A stretch of 32,000 nt of DNA from Candidatus Arthromitus sp. SFB-mouse-Japan (GTDB taxonomy: Bacteria; Bacillota; Clostridia; Clostridiales; Clostridiaceae), in contig NC_015913.1 in the NCBI RefSeq assembly GCF_000270205.1, forward strand, positions 210,001-242,000, written 5' to 3'. This document shows, piece by piece, positions 1-10,056 of this stretch (the stretch's first letter is position 1; each line of letters opens with the position of its first letter). The notes under the pieces are model-generated. The model had not been told where the DNA came from. It searched no databases and saw only the letters and a program-made list of their open reading frames with translations. Both the position numbers and the translations under genes were made by a program.

Positions 1-596
1 CTAAAGTTTCAGATAAGATAAATGTTATAAATAATTTATTAGATAAAGTTGATACTTTAATAATAGGCGGTGGTATGGCTTATACCTTTTTGAAAGCTCA
101 GGGTTATTCAATTGGGATAAGTTTAGTTGAAGAAGATAAGTTAGAGTATGCGAAAGATATGATAGAGAAAGCTAAAATAAAAGGCGTTACATTGTTACTT
201 CCAGTGGATCATGTTACAGGAGATAAGTTTTCAAATGATGCGATCAGAAAAATTACTAGCGATGAGAATATAGATGATGGATTTATGGGATTAGATATTG
301 GAAATAAGACAAGTAAATTATTTGGAGATGCTTTAAGAAGTGCAAAAACAATAATTTGGAATGGACCTATGGGAGTTTTTGAATTTTCTAATTTTAATCA
401 AGGAACAATAGAGGTTGCTAAAGCTATGGCAGAATCTGGTGCTGTAACAATAATAGGTGGGGGAGATTCAGCAGCAGCTGTTAATATTTTAGGTTTTGGA
501 GATAAAATGACCCATATATCTACGGGTGGAGGAGCTTCTCTCGAATTGTTAGAAGGTAAAGTTTTACCTGGAATTGATGTTTTGAATAATAAATAA
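1..596 (+). CDS. pgk: phosphoglycerate kinase, C-terminal part (5' end lies outside the window)
   Basis: The frame is open from the window edge. The first full codon is at nt 3 and reads [32 protein letters not shown] motifs present: [34 protein letters not shown]. Stop TAA at 594-596. Gene order pgk-tpiA-gpmI-eno. Confidence 0.95.
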   Translation, partial: KVSDKINVINNLLDKVDTLIIGGGMAYTFLKAQGYSIGISLVEEDKLEYAKDMIEKAKIKGVTLLLPVDHVTGDKFSNDAIRKITSDENIDDGFMGLDIGNKTSKLFGDALRSAKTIIWNGPMGVFEFSNFNQGTIEVAKAMAESGAVTIIGGGDSAAAVNILGFGDKMTHISTGGGASLELLEGKVLPGIDVLNNK

Positions 597-614
597 TAAA
601 GTAGGTGTATTTTG

Positions 615-1361
615 GTGAGAAAGAATATAATAATGGGAAACTGGAAAATGCATTTTACAATTGAGGAAACTGAAGAATTTTTAAATAGTTTGTTACCTAA
701 AGTTAAGAATGCTAAAACTGAAGTTGTTGTGTGTCCTCCATTTACTTCTCTTGCTTTATCTTCAAATATACTTAAGGGTTCAAATGTAAAATTAGGTGCT
801 CAAAATGTACATTTTGAGGAAAAAGGAGCATTTACTGGTGAAATTTCCCCAAATATGCTTAAGAATTTAGGAGTTTCTTATATTATAATAGGTCATAGTG
901 AGAGAAGGATGTACTTTGGAGAAACAGATGAGACAGTTAATAAAAAGATCCATATGTGCTTAAAACATAAATTTAACCCAGTTTTATGTGTTGGAGAGAG
1001 TTTGGAAGAAAAAGAAAGTAATAACATGGAGAAAGTATTGACTCGTCAAATAGAAAAAGCCTTTTTTAATATATCTGAGGAAGATGCAAAAAAAGTTGTA
1101 ATTGCATATGAACCAATATGGGCTATTGGAACTGGCAAGACAGCAACAAGTTCTGATGCTGATAATATAATTTCTTTTATAAGAAAAGTTATTAGTGGTA
1201 TTTATAATAAAGAAGTGTCTGAGAATATAGTTATGTTATATGGTGGATCAGTTAAACCCAATACTATAAAAGAGCAAATGTCTATGGAAAATATAGATGG
1301 TGCTTTGGTTGGTGGAGCTTCTATAGTTGTTGAAGATTTTGAAAGGATTGTTAATTTTTAG
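615..1361 (+). CDS. tpiA: triose-phosphate isomerase
   Basis: Motifs GNWKM, IIGHSERR and AYEPIWAIGTGKTA. AGGTG at 603-607 lies 7 nt before GTG 615, giving the N-terminus MRKNIIMGNWKM typical of TpiA. TTG 612 from the ORF track is the alternative start. Confidence 0.95.
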   Translation: MRKNIIMGNWKMHFTIEETEEFLNSLLPKVKNAKTEVVVCPPFTSLALSSNILKGSNVKLGAQNVHFEEKGAFTGEISPNMLKNLGVSYIIIGHSERRMYFGETDETVNKKIHMCLKHKFNPVLCVGESLEEKESNNMEKVLTRQIEKAFFNISEEDAKKVVIAYEPIWAIGTGKTATSSDADNIISFIRKVISGIYNKEVSENIVMLYGGSVKPNTIKEQMSMENIDGALVGGASIVVEDFERIVNF

Positions 1362-1373
1362 GGGGAGCTCATT

Positions 1374-2906
1374 GTGGATAGAAATGCGTGTATTTTATTA
1401 ATTTTAGATGGATTTGGGATATCACCAGATTCAAATGGTAACTCCATAGCTAGAGCTAAAACAAATAATATAGATAGAATTACTAGTGTTTATCCAAATG
1501 CTAATTTATATGCAAGTGGTATGAATGTAGGTTTACCTGATGGTCAAATGGGTAATTCTGAAGTTGGTCATTTAAATATAGGTACAGGAAGAATAGTATA
1601 TCAGGAACTGACAAGAATAACAAAATCAATAAATGATAGTGAATTTTTCGAAAATGAAGATTTAATAAAAACTATGGATAATTGTATAAAAAATTGTAGT
1701 AATCTTCATATTATGGGACTTGCTTCAGATGGAGGGGTGCATTCTCATATTGAACATTTAAAAGCAGTTCTTAAACTTGCTAAGGAAAAGAATGTTAAGC
1801 AAACATATATACATTTGTTTACTGATGGAAGAGATGTTTCTCCAACCTCTGGATATACTTATGTTCAGGATATTATGAATTATATTGATGAAATATCATA
1901 TGGAATAATCTCAACTATTTCTGGAAGGTATTATGCAATGGATAGAGATAAGAGATGGGATAGAGTCCAAAAGGCGTATGATGCTATAGTTCGTGGAATT
2001 GGAGAAGATAAAATCTCTAAAAATCCTGTTGATATTTTAAAAGATTATTATAAGGATGGTATAACGGATGAATTTGTTCCTCCAACTTTAGTAGAAAGAA
2101 ATGGTAATATTAGAAATAAAGATTCTTGTGTGTTTTTTAATTTTAGACCAGATAGAGCTAGAGAACTGACTTATGCTATAACTGATAAAGGATTTAAGGA
2201 TTTTGATGTCGAATATTTAGATATTACATTTTTATGTATGACAATGTATGATAAGAAATTAAAGGATGTATTGGTAGCATTTAAACCTGAAACTTATTCT
2301 AATACATTAGGAGAGTATTTAAGCAGTCAAAATAAGAAACAGTTAAGGATTGCAGAGACTGAAAAATATGCTCATGTTACATTTTTCTTTAATGGAGGTC
2401 TTGAACAATCGTATAATGGGGAAGATAGAATTTTAATACCTTCCCCAAATGTTAAAACTTATGATTTACAGCCGGAGATGAGTTTGCCTGAATTGACAGA
2501 TACATTGATTGAAAAAATAGAATCTATGAAGTATGATTTTATAGTTTGTAACATAGCAAATCCGGATATGGTTGGTCATACAGGTAATTTTGATGCTGCT
2601 GTTAAGGCTATTGAGGCTGTTGATCTAGCTGTTGGAAGAATATCTGATAAGGCTTTAAGTTTAGGATATACATTGTTTATTACAGCTGATCATGGAAATG
2701 CTGAATGTATGATTGATGAGAAAGGTGGACCTATGACTGCTCATACTTGTAATAAAGTTCCTTTTATATGTGTTACAAGAGACTATGAAAGTATAAGAAT
2801 GAAAGAAAGTGGTAAACTTGCAGATATAGCACCAACTATTTTGAGTGTGATGGAATTAGATATTCCATCAGAAATTACTGGGGAAAATTTAATCATAAAA
2901 AAATAG
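1374..2906 (+). CDS. gpmI: 2,3-bisphosphoglycerate-independent phosphoglycerate mutase
   Basis: 510 aa. The N-terminus ILLILDGFG, the phosphoserine motif GNSEVGHLNIG and the ADHGNAE motif are all present. GTG start 6 nt after GGGGGAG. Confidence 0.95.
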   Translation: MDRNACILLILDGFGISPDSNGNSIARAKTNNIDRITSVYPNANLYASGMNVGLPDGQMGNSEVGHLNIGTGRIVYQELTRITKSINDSEFFENEDLIKTMDNCIKNCSNLHIMGLASDGGVHSHIEHLKAVLKLAKEKNVKQTYIHLFTDGRDVSPTSGYTYVQDIMNYIDEISYGIISTISGRYYAMDRDKRWDRVQKAYDAIVRGIGEDKISKNPVDILKDYYKDGITDEFVPPTLVERNGNIRNKDSCVFFNFRPDRARELTYAITDKGFKDFDVEYLDITFLCMTMYDKKLKDVLVAFKPETYSNTLGEYLSSQNKKQLRIAETEKYAHVTFFFNGGLEQSYNGEDRILIPSPNVKTYDLQPEMSLPELTDTLIEKIESMKYDFIVCNIANPDMVGHTGNFDAAVKAIEAVDLAVGRISDKALSLGYTLFITADHGNAECMIDEKGGPMTAHTCNKVPFICVTRDYESIRMKESGKLADIAPTILSVMELDIPSEITGENLIIKK

Positions 2907-2922
2907 GAAATTATGGAGGTAA

Positions 2923-4224
<1,302 letters not shown>

Positions 4225-4229
4225 TATAA

Positions 4230-4260
4230 GTGGGGTTTTGAGACCCCACATTTTTATTTT
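4230..4260 (+). terminator. Rho-independent terminator after eno
   Basis: GTGGGGT (4230-4236) pairs with ACCCCAC (4243-4249) around a 6-nt loop. It is followed by TTTTTATTTT. Confidence 0.8.
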
Positions 4261-4450
4261 TGGAGGATTTTTACAGGATTTATATATTGAATAAAAACAT
4301 ATACAAATAGTTATAATTTTTATATATACTAATGGAAAAGTTAATTAAAATTTAAATGTTATTTATTTTAATCATTATTTGTGATATTATTTTTTTGGAT
4401 ATAAAAATACTTGTAAAGAAGTATGGTAGTACTTTTATAGGGAGAATATA

Positions 4451-5287
4451 ATGAGTTTTATGATTAATTATGAACAATATTCTGTTATAGGAGATCCGGT
4501 ATATCAGAGCATTTCTCCGTTTATACATAGAACTATTTTTAATTATTTTGATGAAACATATAAAATGTATTCTAAGCTTAAAATTACTTCTGATGGACTA
4601 GTGTATAATTTTAGTTTGTTGAAGAGTAATTTTCAAGGATTTAATGTAACTTCTCCTCACAAGATTAACATAATAAAGTATTTAGATGAGTTAGATGATT
4701 TTTCTAAGAAAATAGGGTGTGTTAATACTGTTAAGGTTTTAAATGGTAAAACTATAGGATACAACACCGATGCTTATGGTTTTTTAAAAGGATTCGAAGA
4801 TTACAAAGACAAAGTTAGTGGTAAGGATGTATTGGTTTTGGGAAGCGGAGCTACTTCTAGAATAGTTATAAGCTCTTTAATTGATTTGGGAGCGAATGTA
4901 TATGTGCGTGCTAGAAATACTGAAAAGTTAAATGTTCTCAAAAAGTTAATACATGATATGCACGGTGGATATGAAATTGATATTGATGTATTGGATAAAG
5001 TACAAGGTACATATTTTGGGTTGGTAAATACGACAAGTATAATGAGTAATTTAAATTTGGGTAATTTAGATGTTTTAAGTTTTGTTTATGATGTGAATTA
5101 TAGTGTTAGAAAGCTTACAGATTTTTTGAGCAAATTTTTGAATAATAATCTAATGCTTATTGATGGTCGCGATATGGTTTTTTATCAAGCGATAAAGTCC
5201 CAAGAAATTTGGAGAGATTGTACTATAGATCAAGAGGATGTTTCTAATATATATAATGAATTTACAAAGATTTTTTCGGAGGATTAA
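4451..5287 (+). CDS. aroE: shikimate dehydrogenase
   Basis: 278 aa. VIGDPVYQSISPFIH near the N-terminus, NVTSPHK, NTDAYGF and a GSGATSR dinucleotide-binding loop. GGGAGA SD upstream of the ATG. Confidence 0.85.
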   Translation: MSFMINYEQYSVIGDPVYQSISPFIHRTIFNYFDETYKMYSKLKITSDGLVYNFSLLKSNFQGFNVTSPHKINIIKYLDELDDFSKKIGCVNTVKVLNGKTIGYNTDAYGFLKGFEDYKDKVSGKDVLVLGSGATSRIVISSLIDLGANVYVRARNTEKLNVLKKLIHDMHGGYEIDIDVLDKVQGTYFGLVNTTSIMSNLNLGNLDVLSFVYDVNYSVRKLTDFLSKFLNNNLMLIDGRDMVFYQAIKSQEIWRDCTIDQEDVSNIYNEFTKIFSED

Positions 5288-5719
5288 TTGAAAAAAGTAC
5301 TTGTTATAAATGGGCCTAATTTAAATTTTTTGGGTAGGCGTCAAAATTATATTTATGGGAATGAAACCTTAGATGAGATAAATGATTATATAAAGTTAGA
5401 GGGAGAGAAGATTTCTATTTCTGTTGATTTTTACCAGAGTAATCACGAGGGAGAAATTATAAATAAAATTTATAATGAATTTGAAAATTATGATGGTTTT
5501 GTGATAAATGCAGGTGCATTTACTCATTATAGTTATGCTATATATGATGCTATATTATCTGTAGATAAGATATTTATAGAGGTTCATTTATCTAATATAT
5601 TTTCAAGGGAGGATTTTAGAAAAAGGAGTGTTATATCCGAGGCATGTTTAGGTCAAATCTGTGGTTTTGGTAAGCATTCATATGTTTTGGCACTTTATGC
5701 TTTAAGAGAAATATTTTAG
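5288..5719 (+). CDS. aroQ: type II 3-dehydroquinate dehydratase
   Basis: 143 aa. Motifs VLVINGPNLNFLGRR, QSNHEGEII, INAGAFTHYSYA and EVHLSNI. The TTG start abuts the aroE stop, with GGAGG 5 nt upstream. Confidence 0.9.
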   Translation: MKKVLVINGPNLNFLGRRQNYIYGNETLDEINDYIKLEGEKISISVDFYQSNHEGEIINKIYNEFENYDGFVINAGAFTHYSYAIYDAILSVDKIFIEVHLSNIFSREDFRKRSVISEACLGQICGFGKHSYVLALYALREIF

Positions 5720-5728
5720 AGGTTTGGA

Positions 5729-6508
5729 ATGGATTTAGAAGTTTACAGGAGCAAAATTGTTAATTGTGATTATAAGATTTTGAAGATACTTGAGCAGAGA
5801 TATAATTGGGTTCTTAAGGTTTCTAATTACAAAGAAAAGAATGGAAAACCAATTCTTGATAGGAAGAGAGAAGAGGATATCAAGAATGATTTTTTGAAAA
5901 ATATGAACCATACATATTTTAAAAAATATCACGAAGAAGAATTTGAAAAGATTATAAATATAATAATGGAAGTTAGTCGTGATATACAGTATAGGAAAAT
6001 TTATAAGAAGAATATTGTGCTTATTGGATTTATGGGTTGTGGTAAGACTACACTTGGAAGGATACTTTCAAGGAAGTTAGGCGTTAAATTTTTGGATACG
6101 GATTATCAGGTTGAAAAAAGATTGATGATGAAAGTAGGAGAGATATTTTCATCTCTTGGCGAGGAATATTTTAGAAAAATTGAGAGTGATGTAATTAGAA
6201 ATGTTGCTAATGGATTTCGTGGGGTGATTTCAACAGGTGGAGGAAGCGTGCTTAATAAATCAAATGTTAAATATTTGAAGTCATCTGGAAAATTAATTTA
6301 CCTAAGGTCCTCTGCAGAAAATATATTGTATAACTTAAATAGGAGTACTAAGGATAGGCCTCTTCTTAAGCAAAATTTAAATATAAATTATATACAAAAG
6401 TTTATAAAATCTAGGCATGAAATTTATAATAAAGTTAAGGATTATGAGATAAATATAGACGATATGTCTACAGATAAAATAATCCATTATATATCTAGAA
6501 TAATGTAG
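5729..6508 (+). CDS. aroK: bifunctional chorismate mutase (AroQ-class, N-terminal) / shikimate kinase (C-terminal)
   Basis: The N-terminal ~90 aa follow the CM type 2 pattern (RSKIVNCDYKILKILEQRYNWVLKVSNYKEKNGKPILDRKREEDI). The C-terminal half has Walker A GFMGCGKTTLGR, DTDY and STGGGS, typical of shikimate kinase. Confidence 0.8.
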   Translation: MDLEVYRSKIVNCDYKILKILEQRYNWVLKVSNYKEKNGKPILDRKREEDIKNDFLKNMNHTYFKKYHEEEFEKIINIIMEVSRDIQYRKIYKKNIVLIGFMGCGKTTLGRILSRKLGVKFLDTDYQVEKRLMMKVGEIFSSLGEEYFRKIESDVIRNVANGFRGVISTGGGSVLNKSNVKYLKSSGKLIYLRSSAENILYNLNRSTKDRPLLKQNLNINYIQKFIKSRHEIYNKVKDYEINIDDMSTDKIIHYISRIM

Positions 6509-6522
6509 GGAGGAATTTTGAG

Positions 6523-6753
6523 ATGCAAACTTTTCTTTATACAATTCAGTTTATACTTGTAATTGGTATTTTGATTATTGTGTTGATGCAACCTAGTAAA
6601 GCTGATGGACTTAAGGGATTTATGACAGGATCTCAAGAAACATTCTTTAATAAAAATAAATCTAAAACAAGGGAAGCGAAACTTGTTAAAATAACGTATT
6701 TACTAGCGATATTATTTGCTTTAAATACGATTTTGATTAATATTCTATTATAG
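6523..6753 (+). CDS. secG: preprotein translocase subunit SecG
   Basis: 76 aa with two hydrophobic helices flanking a G/S-rich loop (LMQPSKADGLKGFMTGS). GGGAGG SD. It sits upstream of rnr-smpB. It starts 14 nt after the preceding gene. Confidence 0.8.
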   Translation: MQTFLYTIQFILVIGILIIVLMQPSKADGLKGFMTGSQETFFNKNKSKTREAKLVKITYLLAILFALNTILINILL

Positions 6754-6763
6754 AATTTTTAGG

Positions 6764-6801
6764 ACTTTATTTAGATTTTCGAATTTAAATAAAGTTTTTT
6801 T
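6764..6801 (+). terminator. possible weak terminator or attenuating hairpin between secG and rnr
   Basis: ACTTTATTTAGA (6764-6775) pairs with TTTAAATAAAGT (6784-6795) with one mismatch, followed by a T6 run. The stem is all A/T plus a few G/C, so it is probably leaky. Confidence 0.4.
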
Positions 6802-6817
6802 GTTTATGGAGGAAATT

Positions 6818-8896
6818 ATGATTGAAAAAATATTAAAGTGTATTTATATAGATGATTTGAAATTAAATTATAAAGAAATGTTAAAGAAACTTAAGAGTTC
6901 TAATATAAAACTATTTAATAAGAGTTTAGATAAGCTTAAAAATGATGGAGTTATATTTAAAGATAAAGATGGGAGATTTGTAAAAAGTAAGAAGGAAGAT
7001 ATTTATTTTGGAGTTTATGAGGGTACTAGAAAAGGATTTGGATTCTTATTACTTGAAGAGGAAAACGATATTTTTATACCTAGAACTTCATTAAATGGAT
7101 GTATGGATAGAGACACTGTAATTGTTAGGCTTATAGAGGATAAGTGCACTAGTATAAGGAAAGTTGGAGAGGTTATTTATGTAATTGAGCATTATAATAA
7201 AGAGATAATCGGAGAGTATCAGGACTCAAAATTTTTTGGATTTGTTATTCCAAGAAATTATAATATAAACTATGATATTTATATACCAAAGAAATATAAA
7301 ATGGGTGCTAAAAGTGGGGATATTGTTTCTGTTAAGATAACAAAGTATCCAAGCGAGGGTAAAAAGCCTGAGGGAATAGTTAGTGATATACTTGGGAATA
7401 AGGACAGAAAAGATATTAATATGCGTGTTCTTATGAAGAAGTACAATTTAAAAGAAGATTTTCCTAAGGGAGTTTTAAATGAACTCAAACGTTTTCATAT
7501 GGAGGTTATTGAGGATGAATTAAGTTCTAGGAGAGATTTAAGAGATTTACCTATTGTTACTATTGATGGAAGTGATGCTAAAGATTTAGATGATGCGGTT
7601 TATGTTAAAAGACAAGGGGAGGAGTATATACTTTCTGTACATATAGCAGATGTTAGTCATTATGTAAGATATAGAAGTGAGCTTGATAAGGAGGCTTTAA
7701 AGAGAGGAACTTCTGTTTATTTAATAGATAAGGTTGTGCCAATGCTTCCCAAAGAGTTATCAAATGATTTATGTTCTTTAAATTCTGGAACGGATAAACT
7801 TACTTTAAGTTGTGAGATGGTTATAAATAAGTCTGGTGAAGTAACTCGTTATGATATATTTGAGAGTGTAATAAGAACTAAATATAGATTAACTTATGAC
7901 AATGTTCAGGATATAATAGATGACAATACAAATGAATTTTCTGATATATACGAGATGATTTTTAATATGAAGGATTTAGCAGAGATATTAAATAGTAGGA
8001 GAGAGCGTAGGGGAGCTATTAATTTTGATTTTCCAGAATGCAAGATATCTTTAAATGAAGATGGAGATGTTTTAGATATAAGTGCTTTTATGCGTAAATT
8101 TTCTCACAATATAATAGAAGAATTTATGCTTTTATGTAATGAGACTATTGCAGAGCATATGTTTTTTTTAAATTATCCATTTCCGTATAGGATACATGAG
8201 GAACCTGATATGGAGAAAATTATGAATTTAAGGGATATACTTCATAATTTAGATTATAATTTTAGGATTAATGATAAGGTGTATTCAAATCAAATACAAA
8301 AGGTGCTTATGCATTTTAAGGGTAAAGATGAGGAGATGTTTTTAAGTAAATTTATTTTAAGGAGTATGTCAAAGGCAAGATATTTAAAAGACTGTATTGG
8401 TCATTTTGGACTTTCGACTAAATATTATTGTCATTTTACATCACCTATTCGAAGGTATCCTGATTTAGTTGCTCATAGGATTATAAAATTATCTTTAAAA
8501 GGTGGTATAGGGGAGAGATTATTTAAAAATTTATCTGAAGAGGTCTCTATTTGTTGTGAGAATTCATCATTAAGAGAGATGGAAGCAGAGGAATGTGAAA
8601 GAGAACTATATGATATTAAAAAAGCTGAATTTATGAAAGATAAGATTGGTGAAGAGTATGCTGGAATAATATCATCATTGACGAGTTTTGGATTTTTTGT
8701 TGATCTTCCAAACACTGTAAGGGGGCTTGTTCATATTAATGATATGGAGGATGATGATTATTATTTTGATGAGGAGAGTATTTCTTTAATTGGAAGAGAG
8801 AATAAAAATGTGTTTAAGATTGGTATGAAGGTTCAAGTAAAGGTTTTAAATGTTATTTTGGAGAACAATGAAATTTATTTTGGGTTAAGTAGGTGA
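6818..8896 (+). CDS. rnr: ribonuclease R
   Basis: RNB catalytic motifs ([26 protein letters not shown]), cold-shock-like N-terminal region and a C-terminal S1 domain ([15 protein letters not shown]). GGAGG at 6808-6812 favours ATG 6818 over the ORF-track TTG 6800. Confidence 0.9.
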   Translation: MIEKILKCIYIDDLKLNYKEMLKKLKSSNIKLFNKSLDKLKNDGVIFKDKDGRFVKSKKEDIYFGVYEGTRKGFGFLLLEEENDIFIPRTSLNGCMDRDTVIVRLIEDKCTSIRKVGEVIYVIEHYNKEIIGEYQDSKFFGFVIPRNYNINYDIYIPKKYKMGAKSGDIVSVKITKYPSEGKKPEGIVSDILGNKDRKDINMRVLMKKYNLKEDFPKGVLNELKRFHMEVIEDELSSRRDLRDLPIVTIDGSDAKDLDDAVYVKRQGEEYILSVHIADVSHYVRYRSELDKEALKRGTSVYLIDKVVPMLPKELSNDLCSLNSGTDKLTLSCEMVINKSGEVTRYDIFESVIRTKYRLTYDNVQDIIDDNTNEFSDIYEMIFNMKDLAEILNSRRERRGAINFDFPECKISLNEDGDVLDISAFMRKFSHNIIEEFMLLCNETIAEHMFFLNYPFPYRIHEEPDMEKIMNLRDILHNLDYNFRINDKVYSNQIQKVLMHFKGKDEEMFLSKFILRSMSKARYLKDCIGHFGLSTKYYCHFTSPIRRYPDLVAHRIIKLSLKGGIGERLFKNLSEEVSICCENSSLREMEAEECERELYDIKKAEFMKDKIGEEYAGIISSLTSFGFFVDLPNTVRGLVHINDMEDDDYYFDEESISLIGRENKNVFKIGMKVQVKVLNVILENNEIYFGLSR

Positions 8897-8901
8897 AAAT
8901 C

Positions 8902-9363
8902 GTGAGTAAAAAATCAAATGTAATATCTAAAAATAGGAAGGCTTTTCATGATTATTTCGTTGAGGAGAATTATGAGGCTGGAATTGTTTTGGTTGGTACT
9001 GAGGTTAAATCTATAAGATCTGGTGGGGTTAATTTAAAAGATAGCTATGGAGTTTTTAAAAATGGAGAGTTATATATAATAAATATGCATATAAGTCCCT
9101 ATGAGAAGGGTAATATATTTAATAGAGATCCGCTTCGTGATAGAAAGTTATTACTTCATAAAAAGGAGCTTTCGGAGCTTTTTATAAAAAATAATCAGGA
9201 AGGATATTCTCTTATACCTATTTCTCTTTATGTTAAAAATGGAGTTATAAAAGTAAATTTGGGACTTTGTAAGGGTAAGAAAAATTATGATAAGAGGGAT
9301 TCTATGCTTGAGCGAGAACATAGAAGAGATATTGATAGAGCTATGAAGGAGAAATATAGGTAG
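8902..9363 (+). CDS. smpB: SsrA-binding protein SmpB
   Basis: Motifs [16 protein letters not shown] and LLLHKKE. AGGTG (8891-8895) overlaps the rnr stop TGA (8894-8896) and lies 6 nt before GTG 8902. GTG 8893 is the alternative start. It lies immediately upstream of ssrA. Confidence 0.9.
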   Translation: MSKKSNVISKNRKAFHDYFVEENYEAGIVLVGTEVKSIRSGGVNLKDSYGVFKNGELYIINMHISPYEKGNIFNRDPLRDRKLLLHKKELSELFIKNNQEGYSLIPISLYVKNGVIKVNLGLCKGKKNYDKRDSMLEREHRRDIDRAMKEKYR

Positions 9364-9368
9364 TATAA

Positions 9369-9397
9369 TTGAAAAAATATTTTTAAGGTGGTATACT
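9369..9397 (+). promoter_or_regulatory. candidate sigma-A promoter of ssrA
   Basis: TTGAAA (9369-9374), a 17-nt spacer, then TG-n-TATACT (extended -10, 9389-9397). It lies about 20 nt upstream of the mature tmRNA 5' end. Confidence 0.5.
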
Positions 9398-9418
9398 TGT
9401 TAAGGATAATTTTTTTAA

Positions 9419-9778
9419 GGGGGCGTATTTTGGTTTCGACGGGGGTACTGGAGTATTTAAATAGCGAGTAGAGTTTTAGTGGATTCTCTTAAAAAATTTA
9501 CTAAAAAAAGTAAACGACAAAAATTATTCTTTACAAGCTGCTTAATTAATAGCTAGCTTCATCTAGTTTGCGAGTCCTACGGCGTAGATGTAGGTGTAAA
9601 ATTTAAGTAGGGAAACGAGCCTTAAAAAGCTTTGATTAAGGAACGGGATTTATGAAGCTACTTTATATAAATTTTGTTTATGGAAGTTATATAGGGGAAT
9701 TTAAAACATAAACTGCACTCGGAGAAGTTTAAATATGACTACTTTCGGACAGGGGTTCAATTCCCCTCGCCTCCACCA
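9419..9778 (+). ncRNA. ssrA: tmRNA (transfer-messenger RNA)
   Basis: The 5' end GGGGGCGTATTTTGGTTTCGACGGGGG pairs with the 3' end CGCCTCCACCA, giving a 7-bp acceptor stem with G3:U (alanine identity). T-arm GGACAGGGGTTCAATTCCCCTCGCC with encoded CCA. The internal tag frame ends in TAT TCT TTA CAA GCT GCT TAA (stop at 9543-9545). It lies directly downstream of smpB. Confidence 0.9.
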
Positions 9779-9783
9779 AGTAT

Positions 9784-9818
9784 GAGCGTTAATTTTAAAT
9801 AATTAACGCTCTTTTTTA
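9784..9818 (+). terminator. Rho-independent terminator after ssrA
   Basis: GAGCGTTAATT (9784-9794) pairs perfectly with AATTAACGCTC (9801-9811) around a 6-nt loop, followed by a T6 run at 9812-9817. Confidence 0.8.
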
Positions 9819-10056
9819 TTTTTTAAATTAGATTAATGAAGTTTTATAAATATTAACTAATAGTGAATAAAATAAATAAAAAAATCAATAATAATAATTG
9901 TTTATTAAGAATTTAAATTAATTTTCTTATACATAACTAAAATGTTATGTTTCATGGACTAAAATGGAACTAATTCTGATTTTAAGTTTAGGGGGGAATT
10001 TTTTATATAGAGTATTTTAATGTTGGTTAATTATCTAAAAAAGGAGGAACGAAAAA

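Noticed and set aside
4261-4450. T-box or other riboswitch leader upstream of aroE
   Set aside because: The interval is only ~190 nt of almost pure A/T. I found no T-box core (conserved AGAGA, or GGTGGNACCGCG-like), no specifier-loop architecture and no terminator/antiterminator pair. I also could not call a properly spaced -35/-10 pair with confidence.
5735-8715. ORF-track entries on the minus strand inside the aroK fusion and rnr (5735..5932, 7279..7488, 8473..8715)
   Set aside because: They are fully embedded antisense to genes with strong family motifs. Their translations are I/L/F/S/K-rich low-complexity strings typical of antisense frames in AT-rich DNA. They have no SD.
9931-9966. A small 7-bp hairpin ACATAAC-N6-GTTATGT and a 9-nt direct repeat ACTAAAATG (x2) upstream of the giant gene
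   Set aside because: These are short, AT-rich and expected by chance in this composition. They show no clear relation to a promoter.
9991-10004. A G6 tract followed by AATTTTTT in the 5' region of the giant surface-protein gene, as a possible phase-variation switch
   Set aside because: Six G residues is short for slipped-strand phase variation. The tract lies ~60 nt upstream of the start with no defined promoter element overlapping it. It would need population sequencing to support.
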